Below are positions 1 to 12,793 of a stretch of DNA of 64,000 bases, one piece after another. Both the position numbers and the translations under genes were made by a program. Each line of letters begins with the position of its first letter. Within the stretch, counting starts at the first letter, position 1. This stretch comes from Schizochytrium sp. TIO01 (Eukaryota; Protista; Bigyra: Labyrinthulomycetes), in the NCBI GenBank assembly GCA_004764695.1, contig SMSO01000033.1, positions 2,542,001 to 2,606,000 on the forward strand. The letters run 5' to 3'. The notes beneath the pieces are model-generated. The model had not been told where the DNA came from. It did not search any database and saw only the letters and a program-made list of their open reading frames with translations.

Positions 1-272
1 ACGCCGTGCTGGTTGCAGAGCTCCTTCTGCTGGGTGCAGTCAACCTTGGCGATGGCGACGTTGTCATCGGCAGAGTACTTGTCGGCGAGCTCCTTCCAGG
101 TGGGTGCAAGGCGCTTGCAGTGGCCGCACCACGGGGCGTAGAACTTCACGAAGGTGTGCTTGCCGCTGCCGGTGATCTGGTCCTGGGACTTGAGCTCCTC
201 CTGGGCAGACACCACAGCAACGAGCGCGAGCACGAGCGCGAGCACAGTCATGAGCTTGGCCATCATGGTCAT
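1..272 (-). CDS. Secretory thioredoxin-domain / protein disulfide isomerase family protein, 5' part (runs off the window)
   Basis: Hand translation from ATG 272: [23 protein letters not shown] (signal peptide) ... [28 protein letters not shown]...[19 protein letters not shown]. Contains the canonical PDI WCGHC active site. Missing from the ORF track because there is no stop within the window. Confidence 0.93.
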   Translation of the reverse strand, partial: MTMMAKLMTVLALVLALVAVVSAQEELKSQDQITGSGKHTFVKFYAPWCGHCKRLAPTWKELADKYSADDNVAIAKVDCTQQKELCNQHG

Positions 273-3200
273 CTTGGCTGATACAGAAATATTTAACGAG
301 CGTACACTCTCAAACAGAACCTGGAAATCCGAGCGGACGAGGCAGCTAAGTACAGCGGCAAGCGGTGGCGAGTGCAGGTGAGTGGATTCGGGTCTGCTGG
401 AGCGTAGAAGTCGAGTTTCCTCGTCTCCGACTTCCATTCTGTTCTCTCCATATTACCCTTAATAAACTATCTTTTCTCTTTCATTTACATACGAAACTGA
501 CCCTTTCATCATTTTTGCTGCTGTCTGTCCCACTTTGCTCATACAACCCCTTCTACCCCCCCTTCACTAACCCCCATATTCGACCCCTAGCCCATACTAA
601 ACTCGTATCACCCAAATAATCGCGCTTCAACGAGGGCCCTTCTAGCACCCCATTTAGCGCAAACAGTAGGAATCTTGCGAAGAGAAAAAGCGAATGGAAA
701 CGAAGTTGGAGCTGTGAAGAGAGTTGTTGACGATTTACTCGATCAAAACGCCCCGATCTGCGAGGACCGAGGTCCAAAGCCGCCGCAGAGGAGTCCAAAG
801 TGCGCGGCACCGCCTCGGAAGGGCCGAGCTCCACGTGGAGCGCACGCCCGCGGCGGCTTCTGCTGGCGGGTAAAGCACGAGAAGTCCGATGGCGGTCCTA
901 ACTGAAAAAGCTTTTATTATTGCGTTTAGTTCCATTTCGTTTAATTTAAAGTTTTATTCATGAAAGATTTATGAAAGTTTTTCTCTTCAAATCATATCAT
1001 CGTTGACAGAAAAACTGTTTTGATAACTAAACTTAATGAGCGTGCCAGACTGGATATCGGGAGAACCTAGGGTTATGCCGGCCTCATAACTTCACTGTAT
1101 GGGTGCGCAGTGTATTAGCCCGGCGCTGGCAGTTTTCCCGAGTAGGGGCCTGGATAGGTTAAAAAGTAGGGGTGTGGGATAGTGGTAGGGGCGAATAGGG
1201 CAAATGGTAGAAGTGCGAGAGACGTGAAAGACGCAAGTGTTAGAGAGTAGGAGGTGGTTAGGGATAATGGTAGAAGTGTGGGAAATGGAGCATATATAAT
1301 AAGTTAATCACGCAGGAGAGATTTGAGGATGTGATCATTGGGATTAGGCTTCTTTGTAAGAACCTACGCGCAGACAGAGATCGCGTTTGGAGATTGTGGA
1401 GACGGGGGATCATGGGGAGTAAAAGGCCTCGGGATTGGAGGTTTGGTCAATAACGCAGAAAGAATCTTGCACATAAGTTAAGCTGCCTTCAAAGGAAAGT
1501 AATGAGTATTGAACCCGGAGGTTGACTCTGGGTTTTACAAATAGGTTATAAAACTAGAACGAATTGGCGGCGGCCTGCATCTGCAAATGCAAGCTTTATA
1601 AAATGATACATTTATACCCAGATGAAGCTTATCCGTGGAAGGATAAAAACAAAAATCGAAGGGATTTGGAAATTAAGGTCTCTCTCGTTACAAAATGCTT
1701 TTTTGGTTCCGAGGGATTGATTCGCCAGAGCTTATGAAACTTTATCAGGCCTAAATGATTGGTGAAATCCGTTTCTCACGTCTTCGTCATAGACATATAG
1801 CAAGGACAGAGTAGACGATGTTTACTTTTTAAACTTTCTAAAACATCTGCGTTGTGATGCGAGTTATATTATCTTTTAAGTCATACAATTTAATACACAC
1901 TGTTGGCACCTTCTTGTGTGATATCAAGCTCTCTACCGCAGAATCGATACTCTCTTTTAAGGTTAATCTTCAGGATTAGCCTTGAAAGAATCGTCTTAGC
2001 ATAGCACACTAATGTAGTGCTTACTTTTCTCTCCTGAGGTTTCGGATGAGGCAGTTGGCGCACAAGGATTAAAAAGTTTTTATATCTACGGGGTTAGTGT
2101 CGCCCGTTTGATTACCGTGCTACAAGGTAACTATCAACATCGATGACTGCTACAGACATCTGTAATTGAAGGAACTTGTGGACACTATATTGCTATGATT
2201 CTTAACGGCCCACTGCAAGGATTGACGACTTACATAGAAGTTTTTATCACTACGCAGCCAGATGCATAGTTGGGAAGTGAAGACAGCCGAGAATTGAAAG
2301 TGGGCGTGCATTCATCGACTAGAATCAAGTATGATGATATCTGAATCAATGGTTGGCAAGACGAGTTAACCTGACCTCTTCAAAATTTGTTGTACAGATC
2401 AACCTGACTTCAGTCTCCTAGTTATAACATAAGCAGTCTATCCAGGGGTTTAATTCCAGAGACAGAAAATCGAAAGTGTTCACATCCAACGTTTATTGAG
2501 TCTTCTTCTTCTCTCGCTTCATCTTCATAGCTAATCCGCAGCTGACCTGATTTATCTCTCAGCAATCTCAGTTCTTCTGTCTTGTAGCTCGCAAGCCTCT
2601 GGACAGTTCTGATCCCAGCAAACAGAGTGCATAGTCCCCAATTCTCCCCAATAACTCATTGCTGCGCACGCATCGTGTAAATTCCCCTTAAGAATGATCC
2701 CAAGAACAGCAACCTCTCCAGATTACCCAAGTAGTTTCATATATTCGAACCAACACCCTCCAGTGAGCTGAGCGATTGATTACCCTTTAACCCAAAGCGT
2801 CTCCCGTGCCTACGCCATTTCTAAACCCGAGTGCGGCCTCTGGGTTTGCTGGATTTTCCCATGGGCCTTTCCAAATTTGGGCACTCCCAACTCGAGTTCC
2901 AATTTCATAACTAACGTACGAACTCCACATTTCTTCACTTTGCCATATCCTAGGATATCCTCGAGTACCGGTCACCGTTCTCTCGTTCCCAGCGTCTTGC
3001 CAAGCTCTTTTGATACCCCGTGGGGACCGTCCGTTTGAAGAAACCTACTTCTCAGGCAGGAATCGCGCCCCTCATGGACGTGCACAGCTTTGCTCAAGAT
3101 ATCAAAGCAGAAATCGAGCTCTACATCGCTGGAGAGACCCTGATGCAAAGGAAAACCGCCCAAGAGGGCCGTTCTCTGCGCGTGCCGGATTAATCGGCGA

Positions 3201-3395
3201 AACATGGGAAGGATAATTTTAAAATGAGAAGGTTCAACAAGCAGCCAGAGATAATGTGAGACGGAGTAAATAAGGAGGTTTACCCGACGCAGCCCAATTT
3301 TCCCAACGACCGAACAAAACCAAAACTGCAAAAAGCACTCTTCGAGGCGTTGGGACTTGCGAGGAGGGAGGTTTAGACGCGTGGAGAAAGTCGCG

Positions 3396-4584
3396 ATGAT
3401 TGTGATCTGCCTGGAGGGATGCCACGGTACGTTTGTGCGGCAGCCGCGACTCTGAAACGCAACGGAAAGAGGAGATGAGCCTCATGATGGAGTCGAGCAG
3501 CCCGTGGTTGGGCCGGGTACTGGCGGTAGTTTGCATATTACGCATAGGCGCTTCGAAGGAAATCAAGACCAACGAAATCGTTGCAGAAGGGAATGATCTG
3601 CTTGCGAAAAGAGCAAAAGGCGCTGGTGGAAAGGAAGCAGAGGCATTGAGCCTGAAGGCTTCGTGACAGGCTCTACCTACTTTCTTGCAGTGGCTACTTA
3701 TCAGATGTTCGTTGGGCAAAGGACAGGGAGACTAACATTGTGAGCTATGTGACAATTCTGAATGGCAAATGCTTGTGTGCTTTAATGGGATACTATGAAT
3801 GTATTGCGGTGTTATAATTGCAGGATGTGGAAAGACTGAACTGTGCAAGCGGTTCGAGACTGAAGGTTTTCGCACCCTCGATGAGGCCTTCCTTGACATG
3901 CCATCGTACGGTATTCATCCGCAGAGTCTTCTGATGGAAACTACCTGGGTGGTGTCGTGGTTCGAGCGTCTGCTCAAGCAGGCAGAGTCCTTCAAGGCAC
4001 GTGGTGAGTCTCATGAACGCGTTGTCTTCTTCGCTGACAGGTCTCCTTTCAGTGCGGTATTCTACTCGAACCATGGCGAGCTTCTCAAGCCCATTATCGA
4101 GAAGCAGATTGAGGAGGTCCGCGAGTTCGCTAATATCTACATTCACAGCGTTCATGTACGTGTGGAGCGTGAGGTTCTTTGGAAGCGTGTCCAAGCACGG
4201 CTCGAACTGGAGCCGGATCGTGCCATTTACAAGGAGGACAAGCGTGAGTGGATGGAGCAGGTAGTCTCTTTCTATGAGAACTTTTCTTGGGACACCGAGA
4301 TCGATAACACGGAAGATGACGTCACCATGAGCTTGCAAAACCTCTTGAGTCGCACAGTCCGCACTATTTGCACCTCGCTGCCGAACCTTGATGTTTGTTT
4401 GCAGGACGCTGCACCTAAGTTGTACAAGCGCTCCCAGGAAACCTTCTTGAACCGTCGTCCCAACTCTGAGACTGATTCGGAGGGATATGTTGATGAAGAC
4501 TTTTGTGCCTCTATCCCTGTAGACACTTCCTCGCGTGTGGGTAGCTCTCGCCGCATCCAGGCGCCCCAATTTGTCTCTCCATGA
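3396..4584 (+). CDS. P-loop nucleoside/nucleotide kinase-like protein (dNK/thymidylate kinase/AAA_28-like), 263 aa, 2 exons
   Basis: Exons 3396-3426 and 3824-4584; intron GTACGT...TTGCAG. Splicing restores a complete Walker A, MIVICLEGCHGCGKT. A downstream FFADRSPFS motif and a lid-like segment (LWKRVQAR) match the dNK/TMPK fold. Confidence 0.8.
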
Positions 4585-5624
4585 TTGGGACCAAAGCTCC
4601 TTTCATAGAAACTGTTGCGACGAGGACGCACGTTTGGACGCCGTGCCTGAAGAATACTAGCTACCTACTGCCTACTGCCTACCTACCCAATGCTTAGCAT
4701 AGTTGTGTGAGGCTGGTTCTGCTAGGCCAACTCAAGAATGTATACCCCCCCCCCTCTTTTATTCAAACCAATGCCACCCAAGCCAGAAGTACTATTTCGA
4801 CTTCACTCTAACCTCAGGGTAAAATAAAACATTAATCTGAGAGCACATACCTGATGTATATACTTCCTCTTTTTCGTATATTTAACAAGTGTCTGCCTTC
4901 GAAGGAAGCATCTTCAGGACCATCCACACATTTGCTGACTAGAAGCAGAATGCTCAATCATGATTGGATATGCCTGAATCTTGATGTTAATCTGCTTTTG
5001 AGCTAATCCCTTCCACAGGAAATAGTCTCTCTGTACAAAATAATCTCTAATCTCACCATTCAGTACTTTACTGTACTGCATACAGAGGTTATCGAGACTG
5101 GCGTGTCTATCCTCCTGATGTGTTTATTTTTAAGTAGAACATTAAGAAGTACACTAGCATCTGGGTTCACTTTTATTATTCATCAAGATTTATCACTGAT
5201 TTCCCCTTTGAATGCAAATAATGCAAATGCGTGAAGAGTTATTTCCCACCAAAGGAGGCCATAGACAATAGCAGACGATTCTCATGCATGCCAACTCCGA
5301 CATTATCATTCTTCTGGGCCAGTGATTATAGCCCGAAATTTTTCTTCCCAAACTACTCTCAGCATCATCCAGCTCGTTCTTTATCGCATTCATTGCTATC
5401 ATCATGATAAACATTTGTATGTTCTCTCTTCACTCCACATCTTTGAACTAAAATACTATGAATTGGCTAAGGTCTTCAGCATCGTCCCCAATGACCCCTT
5501 CTGATTAAGAGTTAGCTATGGGTCACTAGGAATATCTCCCTACCAGCGAATAGCAGAGAGCGATGAGTGGCATGGAGGCTGTCAGAACTCCATTCCGCAG
5601 AAACCGCGCGAGCAATAAACTACA

Positions 5625-7038
5625 ATGTTGCGCGTGGAGGGGGCACAGCTCTTTCGAGCAGTAAGTAGACACGTTGCGACGGCCTTTCCTTTTTGGCTGG
5701 ATCCTTTGGCTTGAAGAGGCCTCATGGGGCAGCCATGGCAACAAATTCGGTGGTGGCGAGCGCGAGGCGGTCGCCTTGGCAGACAAATACGCGCTAAATT
5801 GATGCAAGAATGTGAAACTAACGTCGACGGTGAAAACTGGAATCTATTTAACCCAACAGCGTCTTACGGGCTCCATCCTGAGCAACCGCCCGGTGATCAT
5901 CACTAAAATTCGAGAGTTGGATGACAAACCTGGTGTGGCAGACTATGAAGTCTCCTTCATGCGCCTCGTAGACAAAATGACCAACGGTACTTCAATTAGC
6001 ATTAACACTACTGGTACTGGTGTGACGGTTCGTCCGGGATACATTGTTGGTGGCCGCATCGAGCACGAATGCGAGGGTCGTGCCGTGGGATACTTTTTGG
6101 AGGGCATCTTGCCGCTGTGCCTTTTTGCGAAACAAACTGTGGAAATTACTCTTACTGGTGTGACCAACGATGATGTAGATATCTGTGTAGACCTCTTCAG
6201 AGCCGTGACCATCCCGTTGCTGCGTCGTTTCGGACTCGAGCAGCTCCCCACGCTCGAGATTGTTCGCAGAGGTCTTGCGCCTGGAGGCCGTGGTGTAGTC
6301 GTTTTCAGGGCCCCGGTTGCCCGTGAGCTCCGCGCTGTGCAGTTGACAGACCCTGGATTCGTACGCAAAGTTCGAGGCTTGGCATACGCTGTTCGCGTGT
6401 CACCGCAGTTCGCAAACCGCATGGCCACTGAGGCGAGAGGTGTTTTTAACACACTACTGCCTGACGTGTACATTAACACGGACCACACCAAGCTTCGCGA
6501 TGTCGTGCCGGGCTATGGCATGTGCATCTACGCGCAAACCACGACAGGATGCATCCTTGGAACTAAACGGGGTGCCACACGACGATCGCTTCTTGAGGAT
6601 AAGGATAAAAAATCTGATCCCTTTGGCATGGATGACCCTGCTGCTGCGTTCAAGAAGCGAGTAGAGGAGGAAGAAAACGATGACCGCGACGAAGAGAAAC
6701 AACAAAACGCAGACTGGAGGATACCCGGAGTTAAAGCACAGTCGGAGGCTGAGGAGGTTGCAGCAAACGCCGCGCAGCAACTTTTGGAACAGATTGGACA
6801 AGGCGGCTGTGTTGACGCAACGCATCAGTCGCTCTTGTTTATGCTCATGACTCTTTGTCCTGAAGATGTCTCCAAGGTCCGTGTGGGCACCCTTACTCCG
6901 TACTCCATTAGGTTCCTCCGCCTTTTGAAGGAGTTTTTTGGTGTCACCTTCCGCCTTCAGACTGATGAGGAGACCTCCACCACTTTATGCGCCTGTGTTG
7001 GTGTTGGCTACAAGAACTTGGCCCGCAAGGTCACCTAA
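5625..7038 (+). CDS. RCL1: RNA 3'-terminal phosphate cyclase-like protein (18S rRNA processing), 404 aa, 2 exons
   Basis: Exons 5625-5660 (MLRVEGAQLFRA) and 5860-7038; intron GTAAGT...CAACAG. RCL1 motifs: GYFLEG, GVTND, RRGLAPGGRG, LLPDVYI, GCVDATHQ, C-terminal CVGVGYKN. Confidence 0.92.
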
Positions 7039-7633
7039 TTTTATCACATTTCCAAATAAACTATTTGATCGAGTACATACACGTTTTTTAAATTATTCGA
7101 TTTGGTTCCTAGCAAAATGCGCAGCATCACCGTTGTTCCAAATGCTTTCTCAGCATTTTGCTATGATTAAGCCAGAAAACCCTACTGGTATATCATTTCG
7201 AATCGGTACGCGCACACTGTAGTAAAACACACCAACTTCACTACAGAGTGCGATGTCTGATCGACATAACCTTGGCTGGTGTGATAAGGCAACAGAATCT
7301 CATACTTTGAGAGGAAAAAACGAGAAGGTAATATTTGGGAGTAAAGTGAGTAAATTACTACGGAGAGCCCCTTCATTAAAAAAACTTAAGATGCTTTGCC
7401 TCTAGATGTCAAAAAGCGAATTGTAGTGGAAAAATGTTCGAATCTAAACATGAACGAAATAGCTTGTCATTATAATTGTCGATTAAGTTTGTAAATGATA
7501 TGGAGAAAGGGACAGGGCAATAACAAAAGAATGCAGAGGCAATTCGTTCTTTTGCAGAATATGGTGTAATATCATCAAAAAGCTAAGAAGAACATCATCA
7601 TTACGTTGTGGAGATCAAATCGAATACACAGCT

Positions 7634-9403
7634 TCAAGGAAGAGTCTTGCGACGCCGGGAAGGGCTCTTACGGGTCCGAGGGCGGTTGACCACAGCCGTA
7701 ACAATGTCAGCAACAGCGGCAGAACCAATGATATTTTCGGCTGCACTCTTAATGCCCTCATAGTCAGTGATCTGCTGCTCTGTGCCAACGAGCGTCATTG
7801 GATCAGGGTGCTCCATGTCATGCAGGATAAGAGCGTCTTCATCCTCTGACTCGGAAATTGTCAATAGAAAGAGTCCGAGTGAGACGATGACACAGGAAAG
7901 AACTTTAATGCGCAAATTACTGATAGCAGATTCACGACCGACGCCAAAAATCTTGAGTGCTCCTAGAGCAAACAAAAGGTTGAGACCCTGAGAAAGGGAG
8001 GCCTCGGCTGCGTGCACGATACTCGCTTGGTAATACCAGCTGTACGCAAACTGACTCAAATAGTAGCCAAAGAGCGTGAGAACCTGACCAAGACTTGAAA
8101 AGAAGATCACACGGCGCGGGATATTCTGCAAGTCGATAAAGCGCTGGCGTAAATTTGGGACAGTGCCATACACAAGGCAAAATACTACTGCGAATCCGCA
8201 CCATGCAATGAAAAAGAACTCGAACTCGAGGTCAGCCGGGAGGATGCCACGGAACTTTTCTTTTTTAGCTGAGCTCTTAAGACTGTAAGACATGACCAAG
8301 TCATAAATTCCGACAGCGAATTCGGAGATGATAATGTTACGCACGTAGGACTGCTTCCAGAAGGAGAGACGCAACATACGCTTCATATCACCATCAAGTG
8401 AAGGGAGAATGCCACCAACGACGATGATAATGTAGCAGAGAAAATCAAAAGGACGGATAAAAGTAGATCCAGTCAACGCAGCTGGTACTGCAGAGCCGAC
8501 CAACATCCATGTACTACTCACTTGAATGAGAGGATTGATAACTGTACTGGGGGCGTTGTCATAGGCCTGCAGGAGGTAAAAGTAGTGGGAGAACATGAGA
8601 ATACCACTAAGGGTCGCGAGCCACCACTCCAAGTCGTCACCGGGCGACCAAATGAATTGAGGTTGAAGATAGCTATGCACAGAGTCGCGCTCCAGTACAT
8701 TTGAGGCCAGATGCGAGGCCTGCTTTGCAAGATGCACGCGCTTGAGCGAAAGCAGGTACATGATGCTACCGGTGGTGATTCCAGCAACGGCACAATCCTG
8801 GATACCATCGAGGTGCTCCTCCTCGTCCTCATCGTCTTCCTTTCCATTGTTGTGAGACTTGTCGTCGATTTCTAAATCTTCATCCTTCTTAATCATCATG
8901 CTTGACTCGGAAGGATCGACGCCGATGTCTATGCTTCCAGTGCGACCCTTTCTGTTTTTCAGGTCTAATGACTCGGAAGAGGAGCTTGGCTTAATCATGC
9001 CGCTGCTATCGCCAGAAGAGATCATATCGCTGCTGGAGTTTTCAAGGTCTCCGACCTTGAATTTTTGAGAGGAATTCCTGTTACGGGCCGAATTGAGCAC
9101 ATTGTCTCCATTTCGCATGCGAAGATTGGTGTCGTTGGTTGTTTCCATGGATTGCGAGTTAGTGCGACGTTTGATGCTAGCCTCGCTTTGAGATGCGAGA
9201 GCAGGGAGATTATCTGCGGAGGACTTATTAGTCATTTTCTCCGCAGATGTCCCGATTGGCACCATTTCGAAGCCAAACTCATCGTCATCGTCTTCCTCTC
9301 CGATACACATATCACAGAAGATATCAGCAACGGCCCAACACAAAGCTGCGCCAAGCGTGGCAATCAGCCACTTGTTCTCATCGTACCACTTAGATTCGTC
9401 CAT
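7634..9403 (-). CDS. Multi-pass drug/metabolite transporter (DMT/EamA-like) with a large acidic/Ser-rich loop, about 589 aa
   Basis: About 10 hydrophobic segments and EamA-like motifs (AALCWAVADIF; YFYLLQAYDNAPSTVINPLIQVS). The first ATG is at 9403; the ORF track extends to a non-ATG start at 9427. Confidence 0.72.
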   Translation of the reverse strand: MDESKWYDENKWLIATLGAALCWAVADIFCDMCIGEEDDDDEFGFEMVPIGTSAEKMTNKSSADNLPALASQSEASIKRRTNSQSMETTNDTNLRMRNGDNVLNSARNRNSSQKFKVGDLENSSSDMISSGDSSGMIKPSSSSESLDLKNRKGRTGSIDIGVDPSESSMMIKKDEDLEIDDKSHNNGKEDDEDEEEHLDGIQDCAVAGITTGSIMYLLSLKRVHLAKQASHLASNVLERDSVHSYLQPQFIWSPGDDLEWWLATLSGILMFSHYFYLLQAYDNAPSTVINPLIQVSSTWMLVGSAVPAALTGSTFIRPFDFLCYIIIVVGGILPSLDGDMKRMLRLSFWKQSYVRNIIISEFAVGIYDLVMSYSLKSSAKKEKFRGILPADLEFEFFFIAWCGFAVVFCLVYGTVPNLRQRFIDLQNIPRRVIFFSSLGQVLTLFGYYLSQFAYSWYYQASIVHAAEASLSQGLNLLFALGALKIFGVGRESAISNLRIKVLSCVIVSLGLFLLTISESEDEDALILHDMEHPDPMTLVGTEQQITDYEGIKSAAENIIGSAAVADIVTAVVNRPRTRKSPSRRRKTLP

Positions 9404-10502
9404 CTTGGCCGCTCGCCAAATAAACAAAGGCCGCGTAAATCAGATGTGGTTCACGAAAAAGCTACGCAAACGCGCAATTCAAATAGCAAAACAATCTTCG
9501 AGGAGAAGATGAAGCTCAATGTCAGCTCTGCAGCTTTACCCTGCAAGTATCCTCGGCACCAAACCGTCTTTGCAATATTTATCACCGCACAGAATTCTGG
9601 TTCTCAGGTTTCTCTCCTGAGCTTGCTGTCCGCTGCAGCGTTCTGCACAGCCAACCAAGGTCAATTCAACCCAATATTAAGATCAACGTCAAGGTCACGG
9701 TCACGAAGACAGACCCCTTGCGCGAGGTGGGCGTTGAAGAGATGCAATAGGCAGAGGTAACGCAATAGATGAAGTCGATCGCGGTGCTGGATCCGTACGC
9801 ACCGCACAGGGGCCTCGAGAGCAAGACCAAAGAGTCCCACGGCGCAAAAATGATCGCAGCCGCACACCCGCTCGGCACGCGGCCGGCGAGCAAGATGGAC
9901 GACTGAGTCTGCTGTCGAGGCGGCCCGCGGAGTCGGCGGCGCTGCGGCTCTCGACTCTTTGTTTATTTATATATAACTTTACAAATTTCATTAATTAACT
10001 TATTAACTCATTCATTCATTCATTCACTCATTACTTTGTTCATTACTTTATTCATTTATTACTTTATCATACCATATCATATCATATCATATTCATTTAC
10101 TTTTGCTTTTACCTTTAAGAAGTTCCTTCTTTCTCGTCCTTTTATTGTTCGTTTGCTCCTAGGACCCCTTACCCTTCAACTAGCGGATCCACAATCTGTT
10201 AACTTATTTGGTTTCTTCTTTCTTTCTTTCTTTCTTTCTTTCTCTTCACTTCTTCAAGTCATTCTTTCATCGGCCGAGCATATCTTCTTCAGTAAGCAGG
10301 GGCTCCATTACAGGCCACACAGCCTCCTTCCCAGCCTTTGTCTGCATTGCTTGTTTGTTTGTTTATTTGTCTCTTGCCAAGAGACATTGATTTCCCCGGT
10401 TTTCACAGGATGAAGTTGACATTTTAACAGCCGTGGCGTCTTCGAATCAAATCGCCTTTCGACCTTTTCTGTTCTTTTCACAAATTATCTTCGTCAAAAT
10501 CT

Positions 10503-10507
<5 letters not shown>

Positions 10508-10540
<33 letters not shown>
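10508..10540. repeat. (TC)n microsatellite
   Basis: About 16 TC units seen directly. Confidence 0.9.
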
Positions 10541-10546
<6 letters not shown>

Positions 10547-12103
10547 TATTATTTTAATTTTAATTTTAATTAAAAACAATTATTGTTATCATCTGCTTGA
10601 AAGATAAAAAGTATCATTAAAATGTAACCTCTTTTTATTGCCTATTGACATACGGGACGTGCATTCATACCGGACGCCGCGTCATCGCCCATGGTTGGAG
10701 TAGCCATAGACACCGCAAATACACCGGCAATGTACGAGTTGCAGCCCTCCTTAATGATTGCCATTTGCCCGTAAAGTAAAGTAAAATGTTTTGCGAAGTT
10801 TTCAGAACACATACATACATACATACGCACGCAAAGGCTGATGCAGATGGGCCCTCTTGAAGGCCATCGACGTCGAAGGCGTTCTCGTGCACTTAACAAT
10901 CGAGTTCTTTGCAGCGTAGGAATCGCCTTCAATCTTCAGCTTTCCGACAACCCACAAACGCATAGGTTGGTAAAATGTGAAATCCGCAGAGGATAACGCT
11001 CCAGAGGTGCTACCGCAAACCTTAGGGCTCCATAGGGTCCGTAGCCAGTGTAGTATAGTAATAACCCATTCGACTCCTGCGCTAAGACCCTCCCAGCCTT
11101 AACGCTAGCAGTAGTGGGACTATTAGCATTACGATTAGGCGGCTGCCTACGCATATCAGAACTAAGCGCTCTCTCTGTGCTTAATGGTCGAAAGGACTCC
11201 TTTCAATCAACTCTGTTCTGCAAAACCCGGAAGAGCGTCGACCTGAATGGCATCGACACCGCAATGCCAAAGATGGCTGGCAGACAGGCACCCCTTTCCC
11301 AATGAGCTGCAGCGCCCGTGAGGGTGGCGATGGGCATAATTACATCGATGGAATTGCTCGATTCTGTTATCATCGTTTCATGAAACTACACTTATTAAAA
11401 CTTAGAACGAACTCGATGCGCCATAGAGTCCCTATGAGAGGGTGGACTAGGAGGTACCTACCCATAACACTATGAGTACCCATGTACGTGTATGTGGATC
11501 TCGAGGTGCTCCATTCCCGCCGCCAGACGGCAAAGCACAGTGTGGCACGAGCCCCAGAGCAGGCATGGCGCAAGGAAGAAGGTGTGATGAGGTGGAGAGC
11601 ATCTTGAGGCGCGTTTAGGTTGAGGAAGGGTCGCGATTGGCCTCCTGGGGCGCGAGATATGCGCCGGCAAGCGCAAGAACTGCGGCATTTGGCCTGCCTG
11701 ATTCTGTAGCCTTTGGCGCCTTGGTTGATATGCTAATATGGTGAGGGGTACCTACAGAGGTGCCTCACTCCGCTCCGCTCGCGGGCCTCTCAGGTGGAGC
11801 TCGACAGACAGCTCTGGCCTTTCCACGAACGCACACCATCGTCCGAGCAAGCTAGCTGCCCGAAAGATGAGGATTCTGCAGTTCGCCACGGATTCCACGG
11901 TTCTGATTGATGAACTCCAGGATCTCACTCAACCTCGCAGACTTTGGGCCAAACCAACCAACGCAGCCATCGATCGAGCCAGCATCGCAATCGATGACAG
12001 CCTGCGGTCCCTCTGCTGCGAACGCGAGCTTCGAAAGCGCTGTCTTGAAAGTGGGAGGTCTGTGGAGAGATTGATCGATCGATCAAAGGTCATCGATTGA
12101 AGA

Positions 12104-12143
12104 TGAATGAATGAATGAATGAATGAATGAATGAATGAATGAA
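12104..12143. repeat. (TGAA)n microsatellite
   Basis: About 10 TGAA units. Confidence 0.9.
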
Positions 12144-12745
12144 CATTAATAATCATTGCTCATTAAAAGGAACTCAATAAAAGAAAAAGAAATCGCTAAT
12201 CAATCAATTGATATGGCCAATATGGGAGTTCGATCGCGAGGCCACTCCACCCGCTCGGGAGCCCTGCCGGAGGGCGGCGCCGCAGAAGGGACGCGGGGAG
12301 GCCGGGCGGGTGCACAATGCTGTCTGCACGCGGGAGTCTGCGGCGGTCTGAGCAGCAGCTTTGGCGGCCTGAGCGCAGGTTTCGCTCGATGGAGGTCGCT
12401 GGAGCCGTCATGAATGAACTTTTGGCTGTCGATGAGTTACCAATTTTCCTTCCTTTTAAATTTTTTTTTCATTTTTTAAGTTTTAAATAAATAAGAATAT
12501 TATAAAAAGCTTTCTTTCTACTCTCATTCATATTATACTCTTCTCTTTTTCTTTTTTTCCCCCTCTTTTTATTTTTACTTTAAAGAATAATTGGAAAGTA
12601 TTGTTGTTATCGTTAGTGCTGTTATTATCATCGATGATAACTAAAAGAAAAAAGAAAGGAAAAGTGGTATTACAATTTTAGTTATTGATTGATTGATTGG
12701 TTGATTTGCTTTATAATTATAATTGAGTGATTGTTTAATTAGTTT

Positions 12746-12793
12746 ACTGTTTAATTAATTAACTGTTTAATTAATTAACTGTTTAATTACTTA
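12746..12793. repeat. 16-bp tandem repeat (ACTGTTTAATTAATTA) x3
   Basis: Copies at 12746, 12762 and 12778 (last has one mismatch). Confidence 0.88.

Noticed and set aside
117-131. Possible selenocysteine in the thioredoxin active site
   Set aside because: Both active-site codons read TGC (Cys); there is no in-frame TGA.
6-281. Plus-strand 91-aa ORF
   Set aside because: Antisense shadow of the minus-strand PDI-family gene, which carries the WCGHC motif and signal peptide.
3433-3666. 77-aa plus ORF before the P-loop gene
   Set aside because: Lies wholly within the reconstructed intron 3427-3823.
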